Source: Ascidiella aspersa (Eukaryota). From it: DNA of 64,000 nt. Within the stretch, counting starts at the first letter, position 1. Every line of letters begins with the position of its first letter. A program made the position numbers and the translations under genes. The notes under the pieces are model-generated. The model had not been told where the DNA came from. It did no database searches and was given only the letters and a program-made list of their open reading frames with translations. This document shows positions 1 through 10,989 of this stretch, one piece after another. The stretch is from NCBI GenBank assembly GCA_963924565.1, contig OZ004610.1, positions 27,900,001-27,964,000 on the forward strand, given 5' to 3'.

Positions 1-987
1 AAACATAAATAAAGTGCAAACCTTGACAAATCGAGTCCATCATCCTCTGAAAAGTTTGCGCGGCATTCTTCAACCCAAACGGAGTTCGAAGAAACTCGAA
101 GAGACCAAATGGCGTGATGACAGCGGTCTTTGCGATGTCTGCTTCAGCAACTGGAACCTGATGATAGCCTCGTATTAAGTCTATTTTAGAAAATACGGTA
201 CAACCAGCCAGACGTGCAGTAAAGTCGTGGATATGGGGTATAGAGTAACGATCAGCTTGAGTGGCATCATTGAGGCGACGATAATCGCCACAGGGGCGCC
301 AACCACCCGAGGGCTTCTCTACCATGTGGAGAGGTGCCGACCATGGGCTGGATGACCGGCGCACTATACCTAACTCGAGCATATTTTGAAATTCAGCCCT
401 AGCTAACGATAACTTTTCAGGCGAAAGGCGTCTGACGCGGGAATGTACAGGTTGGCCAGTGGTCACAATATAGTGTTGGACGCCATGCTTAGGCAAGGCG
501 TCGGAAAAACTAGGGATTTTCAGACTAGGAAACCTATCTAATAATCTTTCAAATGGAGAAAGCAACGAATTAAGTGTGTTAAGTTGAGGCGGTGGACAGC
601 GATATACTCTTAACGGGCAAGTAGAAAAAGCATCTGAGTGTACAAGACGTTTCCTTTCAATATCGACTAACAAGCGGTTAGCGCGAAGAAAGTCTGCACC
701 GAGCAGTGGGCGTGAAACGTCTGCCAACACAAACCTCCATTTAAAAACTCCAGCCGGGATGTGGAGTGTAACCATTTTGTAACCGTAAGTGGCGATTAAA
801 CTACCATTTGCAGCCTTAAGAACGGAACCCTTCGGGTTTGTGCGTCGTTCGAGACCGGTAGGTGGAAGGGCACTTACTTGAGCTCCAGTGTCCACTAAAA
901 AGTTACGACCAGAAACCCGGTTCCCAAGAAAAAATAGACTGAAAGCATTGCCGGCTGTCTTCGCTATCACAGGCAGCCGGCCTTGTC
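1..987 (-). CDS. pol: Ty3/Gypsy pol (aspartic protease + reverse transcriptase), runs off the window
   Basis: Manual translation of the -1 frame after the gag slippery site is open to the window edge: FLVDTGAQVSAL (protease), PLLGADFLR, SSSPWSAPLHMVEK, WRPCGDYRRLN, FSKIDLIRGYHQ, TPFGLFEF, PFGLKNAAQTFQR (RT). It is absent from the ORF track because no stop lies inside the window. Confidence 0.93.
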
Positions 988-1407
988 GTTTCCCTGAAAA
1001 GAACACGGTGGGCTGCATTGACGTGCGTCTGCTCCAAAGCGTCTATGGTAGAAACATATACCAGTAGTTTTATCGCTGTTATTGCGAAATTGCTTACCGC
1101 GTTGCACCTTGCTTACAGCAAACTCGTTGTTGCTACTGCGAGAAAGCCATAAAATGTCTGCCTTCAGAGCCAATCGACGAAGATCTGTGGTATCCTCGTG
1201 AGCCAATACTAACCGGATATCCTCAGGCATGTGCTGCAAAAACAAATGTTCAAAAAGAAAACAAGAATGGTGGTCTCCGAGTAGGGCAAGCATCTCGTCC
1301 ATTAAAACAGAGGGTTTCTTGTCGCCCAAAGGAGGCATGTTTAAAAGCTGCGCTGCTCGTTCTTGCTTTGAAAGCGTAAATGACTGCAGCAAGCGTTGCT
1401 TAATCAC
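967..1407 (-). CDS. gag: Ty3/Gypsy gag, C-terminal half only
   Basis: LGDKKPSVLMDEM, LFLQHMP and CFYHRRFG-ARQC-PPC motifs typical of this Gypsy gag family; the N-terminal half is missing. Confidence 0.85.
   Translation of the reverse strand: MIKQRLLQSFTLSKQERAAQLLNMPPLGDKKPSVLMDEMLALLGDHHSCFLFEHLFLQHMPEDIRLVLAHEDTTDLRRLALKADILWLSRSSNNEFAVSKVQRGKQFRNNSDKTTGICFYHRRFGADARQCSPPCSFQGNDKAGCL
988..994 (-). other. -1 ribosomal frameshift slippery heptamer G GGA AAC (gag-pol)
   Basis: X XXY YYZ heptamer in gag frame (CAG GGA AAC) 7 codons before the gag stop; a -1 shift enters the open pol frame. Confidence 0.8.
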
Positions 1408-1415
1408 GTCGGGGT
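1402..1415 (-). promoter_or_regulatory. Remnant primer-binding site complementary to the tRNA-Trp 3' end
   Basis: + strand AATCACGTCGGGGT equals the 3' end of animal tRNA-Trp (...AATCACGTCGGGGTCACCA), lacking only the terminal CACCA. Confidence 0.65.
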
Positions 1416-1938
1416 TGCGAGACGCGTAGATCGAATAAGGGGGTCAGCGCAACACAACACTCGATAAAGCACAACACAAAAAAGGCAAATTGCACGCTTC
1501 GCTAAGCGCGCGCCGACGCGGAACCATGTACGCCACAATATGTTTATTAGGATTGCAGTTTATAAAGTTAGTTGAAGACCAAACTATTTACATTGTTTCG
1601 ACACGAACGAAAAAATTACAATATAGTTACTTTTTATTTGGATTATGGGCAAAGTACCGTAATACAACAGCAACGAGATTTCGTTGGCCCAGTCTGTATG
1701 GTGTGGCAAACACACGCCCAAAATTTTTTTAGGCAAGTTGTGTGCACACCAGATCTCGGTAATTTTTTGCGTAAAGTGTGGAGCACCACAGGTGCTTTGA
1801 AGAACAGACTGGTCATCTGCGAAGAACAAACTTCCTACATGTGTACATGTAGACCTACTTACATTTGTAAACCTTGAGCAAGATTTCACTACCCTGGTCA
1901 AATAAACATTTGTTCCTATTTTTATAGACTAGTTAAAA

Positions 1939-2910
1939 ATTAGTAAACATTGCTGTATTCCTGATTGTGATGGTAAATATCCCGACCAACTTTACCATGT
2001 GCCAGCAAAAAGATTCTGTTTAGGCGAAAATCTCAAGTGGGCAAATGATTTTGGAAAAAAATTATTCTTGGCCTCAGGGCTGACAAAGCAATTGGGGATT
2101 TATATAAACGAGATGTAGTAAAGATATGTGGTCGTCATTTTAAAGCAGAACAGTTTATTCATGGTTAGTTTAAACAGTTAATTCTTAACTATTCTACACG
2201 TGTATTGTATTCCTGGATTGGACCTATGCTGTAGTAGATTTAGTAATGTACATACATGGAAGGAATTTTACATAGAATATTAGAAAAGTTTGTGTATTTT
2301 AGAAATAGTCGTTATATTAGTTTACTTAAAAAACATAAATTGTTATTTATCTCCAGGGCAGAAACGAGATACGTTAAAATTTCGATCAATTCCAACATTA
2401 AACATGCCAGTGATGTTAGCAGCTAGTTTAAAGGTAGCTCGCAGACCAACCAATCCACGGAATCCAGAAAATTATATTGTCTGTAAAACTTTTAGTTCAT
2501 TTCTAAAACAAGCCAAATGTCTTGTTTTAAAAAGTGATACATGGAAATGGAAAATACATCCAAAAGATTTCTCACAAATTTGCAATTCCCAGGTCTCTGA
2601 ATTCGATCAAGAAAAATATAAAATATTTGTTAAAGCAAATTTTCAATTGGACGTGCACTACTTTGGATGGTCTGGTCTCTTTAAAGAAATTTTTGAGTAT
2701 AACGTTTCTAAATCTGTAAGAAATCTTTTAAATTTTATTTCGAACCTACCAATTTGTGGAGGAGTTTCTGTGCTAGCAGATAGAGAAGAGAGCAATATGA
2801 CAGCTTTACATATTGTAACAAAATCAAGTCAAGCGTTTGATCACTGCAAACCTCTTCAATCAGTAACGTTGGCTGTTAGGTGTGTTATACAGAACTTTTG
2901 TAAAATATAG
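1939..2910 (+). pseudogene. THAP zinc-finger domain gene relic (DNA transposon-derived)
   Basis: SKHCCIPDC...W...ICGRHF, intron 2164-2356 (GT..AG), then GQKRDTLKFRSIPTL = C2CH THAP with AVPT-like box. The apparent start codon reads ATT and there is a frameshift near 2050. Confidence 0.75.
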
Positions 2911-3071
2911 TATTTAGATAATATGTTCAAACCTTTTTATTTTGTTTACCCCAAAACAGATAAAATTGGTATATGCATAATTATTCAGTAATCTGGGTTT
3001 ACTGTTATTTAAATATTAAGCACTTACAAATTATTTGATAGTTGGTATGTCCGATAATATAGGATGGTAGC

Positions 3072-3400
3072 CTAAACCTGATGTGATAGTGTCGGTACTC
3101 GCCCGTTGGTATCGGTGCCGATCCGATACCAGTATAATATGTGCTTAACAGCCATATTGGGTACCATCCAAAGAGACATTAATTTATCAATAGTTATGGC
3201 GTCGCATCCCCAAACAACATGCAGTCTATTGATATAAGACTGACGACCTCGTGATGTATAAAAGGATTTTTTACACGATTCGCATATATACTTTTCGTCT
3301 GCTTGGTTTGACGAAATATCGATTTCTATTTCAATAAGTAATTGCTCCAAGGCTTCATCCAACCTTTCTTCGTCATTGAAATTCTCGGTTTTGTCCATAT
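3072..3400 (-). pseudogene. Truncated ORF with acidic N-terminus and degenerate C2H2 finger
   Basis: MDKTENFNDEERLDEALEQLL...YICESCKKSFYTSRGRQSYINRLH; first His replaced by Tyr; convergent with the THAP relic. Confidence 0.45.
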
Positions 3401-3689
3401 TAAAGCACAAGACTAATAGTAACTGTGGTAAAAACATACCAAGTGCGCTAAGAAGTCAACGAGGCGTGGCAAATTCAGTGAAGCGTAACACGGCAGAAGA
3501 ATTTTTGACGAATCGCAGTCGTGTCCAGGCATACCATTGTCATTTCGGCGAAATAATTTTTCATGCTTTTTTTAACATTTTTTACGCCGTTTACCACAAT
3601 TTCACTTTCTTTTGCCTACGACGTATAAAACTGAACTACAATTAAATATGTTCGCGTTTTTTGTCATCAATATAATCAGATTGTCAATT

Positions 3690-4520
3690 CATTCAGATAT
3701 TTACAGCAAAATAGGTTTTCCGTAGCCCATTTGTGCTTAAAAACCAAAAAAAATTAAAGTTTGGGGGTACATTTGGTCGAACTTTTAAAAACTATCCGCA
3801 CATTAAAATTTCCTAAAAATTTACATACAACTACTAGAAAGTATTCTTAACAAGATAAGCATAGTCTCCCACTCTGGTCATTCAGATATTTTCAGCGAAA
3901 TAGGTTTTCCGTAGCCCATTTGTGCTTAAAAACAAAAAAAATTAAAGTTTGGGGGGTACATTTGGTCGAATTTTTAAAAACTATCCGCACATTAAAATTT
4001 CCTAAAAATTTACATACAACTACTAGAAAGTATTCTTAACAAGATAAGCATAGTCTCCCACTCTGGTCATTCAGATATTTTCAGCGAAATAGGTTTTCCG
4101 TAGCCCATTTGTGCTTATAAACAAAAAAAAGTAAAGTTTGGGGGGTACATTTGGTCGAATTTTTAAAAACTATCCGCACATTTAAAATTTCCTAAAAATT
4201 TACATACAACTACTAGAAAGTATTCTTAACAAGATAAGCATAGTCTCCCACTCTGGTCATTCAGATATTTTCAGCGAAATAGGTTTTCCGTAGCCCATTT
4301 GTGCTAAAAAAAAGTAAAGTTTGGGGGGTACATTTGGTCGATTTTTTAAAAACTATCCGCACATTAAAATTTCCTACAAATTTATATACAACTACTAGAA
4401 AGTATTCTTAACAAGATAAGCATAGTCTCCCACTCTGGTCATTCAGATATTTTCAGCGAAATAGGTTTTTGTGCTTAAAAACAAAACAAAAAAGTAAAGT
4501 TTGGGGGGTACATTTGGTTG
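3690..4520 (+). repeat. Tandem repeat, ~189-bp unit, ~4.4 copies (left arm of the TIR element)
   Basis: CATTCAGATAT recurs at 3690, 3879, 4068, 4258, 4440; diverged inverted copies at about 6900-7220. Confidence 0.95.
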
Positions 4521-6629
4521 CATACCTCTCTAGTAGCCTCATTAAGCTTATATGTGGCAAGTAATTTTAGGGTTTCACGTTTATTTTGTGTTAACCAAAT
4601 AATTTTTTTTGTAATATTTTGCAAATGGCGTCAAACGCAAAAATGGTATAACATACCTTGATCCTTTAACGCAGTGGTCGGCAAACTGTGAACCGCGACC
4701 CAAATGTTGGCCGCAGAGCCATTTTAGTGGCCGCGAGTTACTTTTAAATGGTTTATTGTTATCATGTAGTTGTGGGCCGCGTGATAGCCGTGCATTCATC
4801 GCACTTCGTTTTAAAAGTTTATGTGGCTGAGAATTACACTGTCTCAGCCTGGTTCAGGCCCGCGCGCCAAATGTGGCCATGTTCCTCCAACTGAAACCTG
4901 TAGGCGCAATTTTTTGCGTTTCGCGTGATAAATGTGGTTTATTTGCATAATACGTGTTGTTTCTGTTAGGGAAGAACACGTTTCTTAAATTACTTGATCT
5001 ATGACGTTACTTGTGACGTTAATGGTGCGGATTCTTATGTTCTTCTATCAGTTTTACTTTAATCCAGTGTTTCTTAACCTTTTTTGCTTAAGGGCGCACG
5101 TTAGAGACGTATGAAAACGTTGCGGCGCACCTTACGAGCGAAGCGAGCGCGAAATTTTTTAGGTGTACCGGTATTTCTCTTAAATTGTCTTCATTATGCC
5201 AATTTTGATGGTAATTGGCTTTTATGAATTTGTTGCTGATAAAACTACTTTTATTTGAACATTCTAACGTAGTTGGTTTCGGCAAACTTGTGTGTTCGTG
5301 TAGTATCAGCTTCTGTGCTTGCTACTGACCCTTGCTCTCAGTATGTTTTATCAAGTACACATAATAAAAGCACAACGTTTTCAACATCGTCACCATTGCG
5401 TGAAGGAATTTATCCGGGGGAACCAGACCGTAACCCAAAACAACACCATAGACCTTCTCTGGGGCTGTTACTATAGCAACCTCAAGGTCCGTGCGTCACA
5501 CTTGATGGTTTTCCATTGGTTTCCGGCTGAAGTGAAAATTTGTTTCTCTCTCAAGCAACCTAGAGAGTATTGCGTATTAGCTGCATTAGACGCTTTTCTA
5601 GTCGTCGTGTGTTCTAGCTTACTTGTTTGCGTATTTTATCAAAGGGAGCGTTGAACAACTTGCTAGCTGACACCAACCGAATCTGTAATTACAGTAAATG
5701 GAGTTTAATAAGCATATTGCGCAATTTTATCTGCTTTACACAAATTTGCGTAGTTCAATAAATATAGCCTAAAGCGTTCCACAAGCATGTGGCGAAAGTG
5801 TATTTTTTTATAGTGTCTATAAATCAAAACTGTTTTTATTGTCATGAGGAACCGCTGTGTTTGGGATAAGCTGTTTTTTTTCGAAGGTTAACCGAGATAC
5901 GCGACGCCTTTAGTTTAAAACAATTTTAGCAAAATAGGATAGGACATACTAAAAACATAACTCAGATTTTTTCAGTTAAGCGGAAAATACAGCTGGGGGT
6001 GGGGGGGCATGATCACCCTCCCTTGGATACGCCCATGTTTGTCGGTTAGGCCGAAGCGGTTCCGCTTCAATTCAAAGACGAACGTTGGTTCCGTTAAACT
6101 TGAACAAAGCAAGAAAAAAGGTTTGTGAGCGAACAAAGGACGCGAGAGTCTGCATCGCAAGGTTGTCTCGTACTTCGCTCGACATTTAGCACTTGTTGTT
6201 CAACCATTAGCGACTGAAAGTTTGAGATTTTGGTGAAAACCTTCTAAATGTAGCTCAGAAAACAAAAGCATAATTAAGTTCGGTTCAAAATATTTAAAAT
6301 TAATGCCTTTTTATTAGTTTTAATCGTTTTTTTAATTAAATGTTTGCCTTACTGAAGGTTTTGTCAACAAAATTTGTTTACTATGTTTTTGCAAAGTAAC
6401 ATGTCAAAAATTCACGGTAAATCTTGTATTATTTGACAACTTTTTTAGCCGGTTTTGGCGCAAATTTTTATGGTGGACTTACTTTATGACGTCATTAATA
6501 ACCGTTACTATCTGATTAACAGTAAAGACTAGCGAATAATTAAACAATAATTTAATGCCGTTTTGTCTTGGCTTTGTTTATTGTATTTTTGCTATCTTCC
6601 TTTCTAATAAACATACTTAGCCTTGTTGG

Positions 6630-6893
6630 AACAGCTTTGTGTAACTTAAACTTATGAATTCATTTGTCACATACCATAACGCATTACGTCATATATTGTG
6701 ACGTAGTGATATGTTAAGCTTTACATGAACATACCAAGTCTTGTTTGAGCAGCTTTGTGTCAAGTTAAACTTGTAACTTTATTTGTCATATACCAAAATG
6801 CGTTACGTCATATATTGTGACGTAGTGATATGTTAAGCTTTACTTGAACATACCAAGTCTTGTTTGAGCAGCTTTGTGTAAAGTTAAACTTGT
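6630..6893 (+). repeat. Tandem duplication, ~120-bp unit x2
   Basis: TTACGTCATATATTGTGACGTAGTGATATGTTAAGCTTTAC...CAGCTTTGTGT occurs twice in succession. Confidence 0.85.
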
Positions 6894-7996
6894 GCGAGTA
6901 AAATATCTGAATGACCAGAGTGGGAGACTATGCTTATCTTGTTAAGAATACTTTCTAGTAGTTGTATGGATTTTTTTAGAAAAGTTTAATGCGCAGATAG
7001 TTTTCAAAAATCCAGCTCAATGTACCCCCCAAAATCTGTGTTTTTTCCCAAAACCTCTTTTCGAGTTTTCTTTATGTTAGCAAAATCAATGGATTACGGC
7101 AATGCTGTTTCGGTGGAAATATCTGATGGCCTGAGTAGGAGACTATGCTTATCTTGTTAGGGAAACTTTATTGTTGTTACATTGTATTTTTTAGAACTTT
7201 TGGATGTGTGCAAATTCTTTAAAATTTATTCTAAAACAAAGATTTTAGCAGATATATTTAAAAAATGTGTTGTTGTTGTGACAACCTAAATGTATTGATG
7301 ATAATTAAGGCAAATCATCATTTATAAATCAGTTTTGTATGAGTTCAGCAAATGATAATGAATTTATGGTAAGCGGTTCGTAAAAGTGTGAAAAAAAGCG
7401 TAAAAAATTATTTCGCCGAAATGACAATGGTCCAGGCATGTATTGTATAGGTATTGGTATGACCGAAGATCGTGAGTTTGAGACTAGTTGTTTTTCTAGC
7501 CTGGCTTGCTTGAATTTCTTTAATTGATCGACTGATTCGGTTAGTCGGTTAAGACTTACGGCGTTGTGTTCACTTACGTAGTCCGCGATAGCTAGCACCA
7601 GTATGGCAGAATGCTGGCGACTTGGCGACTATGTCGGCCGAAGAATCAGCCAGAAAACCGAAGAAAAAAAAATTTTAAGTAAACAAAAAATTTAAAAAAA
7701 TTTTTTTTGAGTGGTTGTTTCCACACATATTGGCGCTGGTCTAGAATCCTACCACTTTTTTTTTGTTTTTTTTTTGTTTTTGTTTTTTTAGCGTCAGTAG
7801 GTACAGTAGCAAAATTTAGTTTTTTAAATGTAAATTCCAAAGGTAACAATAAAGCTAGTTAGGCTAGCCATATTTTTCCCAAAGGTGAAAGCATTTTCCC
7901 AATAAATTTGTACAGGGGGTTATTATCTTGCAAGTGGCGACACCTGGCGTATTTTATTGAAGGTTCACGGTCATATATGTTTGCATTTTGCCCGAA

Positions 7997-9105
7997 AATT
8001 TAGAATTGTGTAGTTGCCCTTGTGCTGGGTCTACCCTAATGATAAACACACCGTCAGAAAGATCCAACCCTCTTCTGTACAGCGAAAGCAAAAATAAATC
8101 CCTATATGCGTGGTGCGACGCCTAGCGGAACTCTTAGCGTACCCTATATTATAAATCTCTTGCCACTAGGTGGCAGCACAGAAACTCTGGTCGAGTCTTG
8201 AGGTAGCCTTATTCTATTCCTAAAACGTAACTATGAGTGCTTAGTGCATTAGCCTTTCTTTACAGAGTCGATTCTTTGGGTGTAATTTTGATGAAATATC
8301 TACGGCCGCCTAGCATACGAAATTGCATTGACGTGCGCAAGTCTTGAATCCTACCACAATATTTCGGCTTTTTGCCTGAATTTAGAATTGTGTAGCTGCC
8401 CTTGTGCTGGGTCTACCTTAATGATAAACACACCGTCAGAAAGAGCCAACCCCCTTCTGTACAGCTAGAGCAAAAATAAACCCCTATATGCATGGTGCGG
8501 CGCCTAGTGGAACTCTTAGCGTACCCTATATTATAAAATACTTGCCACTAGGTGGCAGCACAGAAACTCCGATCGAGTCTTGAGGTAGCCTTATTCTATT
8601 CTTAAAACGTGACTATAAGTGCTTAGTGCATTAGCCTTTCTTTACAGAGTCGATTCTTTGGGGGTAATTTTGATGAAATATCTACGGCCGCCTAGCATAC
8701 GAAATTGCATTGACGTGCGCAAGTCTTGAATCCTACCACAATATTTCGGCTTTTTGCCCGAATTTAGAATTGTGTAGTTGCCCTTGTAGTGGGTCTACCC
8801 TAATGATAAACACACCGTCAGAAAGAGCCAACCCTCTTCTGTACAGCGAGAGCAAAAATAAACCACTATATGCATGGTGCGACGCCTAGCGGAACTCTTA
8901 GCGTACCTTATATTATAAAATACCTGTCACTAGGTGACAGCACAGAAACTCTGGTCGAGTCTTGGGGTAGCCTTATTCTATTCCTAAAACTTAACTATGA
9001 GTGCTTAGTGCATTAGCCATTCTTTACAAAGTCCATTATTTGAGGGTAATTTTTCTGGAATATCTACGGCCGCCTATAGCATACGAAATTGCATTGACGT
9101 GCGCA
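7997..9105 (+). repeat. 382-bp tandem repeat, ~3 copies (left arm)
   Basis: Marker motif at 8163, 8545, 8927 (period 382); units re-contain the terminal GAATCCTACCAC motif. Confidence 0.95.
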
Positions 9106-9129
9106 AAGACCATCTGCATTTTTATGTTT

Positions 9130-10940
9130 GACGCCGATGTATTAGATTAAAACAGTTGCTGGACCAATCGCGCATACTGGTCATAGAGGTCCTTGGACTG
9201 ATATAGCCAATTGAGAGAAGCGTGGTCAGTCCGCAAAGTAAAACCTTGTCTTAGGAGATAGCAGCGAAATAACTTGGTGGCATAAACGACCGCTAATAAT
9301 TTTTTGCGCCGGGTGGAATAATTTCGTCCTGTTTTAGTTCTGCTGCCATAGGCTATGACATGTTCTTTTCCCTCTTTCCACTGCGCTAACACACATCCAA
9401 TGGCAAAATAAGACGCCGTTCTATGCCATTCAAAACAATACGCATTAGTCGCTGGAAACCAGCAGCGGAATTGCAAAGACCCATTGGCATCACATTGAAC
9501 TCGAACATACCCATGTGGCTCGCGAAAGCGGTCCTTTTCGCGGGAAGTCTTATCCATAGGAATTTGCCAATACCCAGATTTTAAATAGTGTAGGCTACTA
9601 AAATAGGTGGAGTTAGATAAAATATCGAGGCTTCGGTCTACTGTAGCTGTTTTTCTTTGTCACCTCATTTAGGCCCCGATAATCAATGCAAAAACGAGTT
9701 TTATCTGATTTTTCCTCACGAGTACTATCGGGCTCGACCATGAAAATGACGATGGACGTATAAAACCTTGAGCCTTCATCTCGTGGACGATTTCGTCCAC
9801 TTTCTTCTTCTCAGGTGGTACCATCCGACGAAAGGGTTGGTCCACTGGGCGAGCATCTCTGGTGTTAATCACATGTTCGACGAGATCAGTTCGTCCTATT
9901 TCTGCTGAGTGGGTCGCAAACGATCTGTGACCATGTTGCAAAAGGTCTGTATCCGTGCGAGCTCGCTTGTTGTAAGACCGCCACCAATTTCAATTTCGTC
10001 TGTAAAATCCTTGTGGTTTTCTTCAGTTGGGCATACGAAGCTGACGCTCTGTTGGGTAGAGCAAGAAAAGTCCACGCATCCGCGGTCATTACAATAACAT
10101 GGGTGTGTTTAGTTTGTGACCTATTGTGGCATGGGCAAATGACAGGATTTCGGGACACTACGACAGGTTACGTTTAACTTTAGCCTTCAAACAGTTCCAT
10201 ACCTTTCTCGTATGATGGTAACTGCTAAGCCCGTATCAACAAGGGCGCGCACTGACAGGTTTTCTATCATAATATTAACGAAGGAATGAGGCCTTTGACC
10301 AGATGCGATTTGTACGATAGACTGTTTAGGTAAATCACCGAGGTCAAACCTGCTAGCGTCCTGGTCCAGTGGCTGGTAATAGCCGGAGCGAAGGTCGGCT
10401 ACCTCTTGTCGTAAATGGTCGATCGTTTCCATAAAATCCCCTATTTGGCGTTGGAATTCCTTTCGGAAAGCTGTTTTTTTTTATTTTATTTTTTTTTCCA
10501 GGCAAAAAACTCAGAATAAAGTTATACCCATGTCAATGCTTTAAGCTACCGTTTATTTGTTAGAGTGAATATGGGAGAGCTACCACCTCCGGACAACCGT
10601 TTCATCCAATAAGGGAGAGGAACGGAATCCATATAGAGGGGAGGCGCCGGGTTGAATGGGTATAAGACGGGGTCTGCAGAAACACTCTCCGTCGTAGCAT
10701 TATTGCTAATTTGGCCTACATTCTGTGAGGGCTGGCACGCAATTCTGGGCGGCGCTTTAGTAAAGTCGCGCTTTTTTGACACGTTCTTACTAATTGCAGT
10801 GGCGAGTGTTCTGTCGCTCAAGCCGCGCAGTAGAACCATACATAACCTCATTTTTTACTGTAGGCTTGTCGCCGCCGTCTGGGTACGCTTGTTCGCCATC
10901 GTTTCGCAAACGTATTCTCTTATGCTTTCGTTAACCATTT
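9130..10940 (-). pseudogene. Degenerate Gypsy remnant A (protease, partial RT, RNase H)
   Basis: ALVDTGLAVTII; EIGRTDLVEHVINT...IRPSSFSWSSPIVLVRK; AIGCVLAQ...VIAYGSR...FTLRTDHASLNWL; multiple frameshifts and deletions, no integrase or LTR. Confidence 0.88.
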
Positions 10941-10989
10941 GACCACTTTCTAGCAACTGGTCACGTTTATCAACGCTTTGGTAAAGCAA

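Larger units (their letters stand above)
3533..7431. mobile_element. Non-autonomous foldback-type TIR DNA transposon, 8-bp TSD CCAGGCAT
   Basis: TIR ACCATTGTCATTTCGGCGAAATAATTTTT at 3533 and its reverse complement ending 7431; CCAGGCAT at 3525-3532 and 7432-7439; subterminal repeats on both arms in opposite orientation. Confidence 0.88.

Noticed and set aside
1402-1415. tRNA-Trp gene
   Set aside because: Only the 3' 14 nt match; there is no cloverleaf or A box, and the position fits a retroelement PBS.
3690-4520. CRISPR-like periodic array
   Set aside because: Units are repeated in full with no unique spacers, there are no cas genes and the context is eukaryotic.
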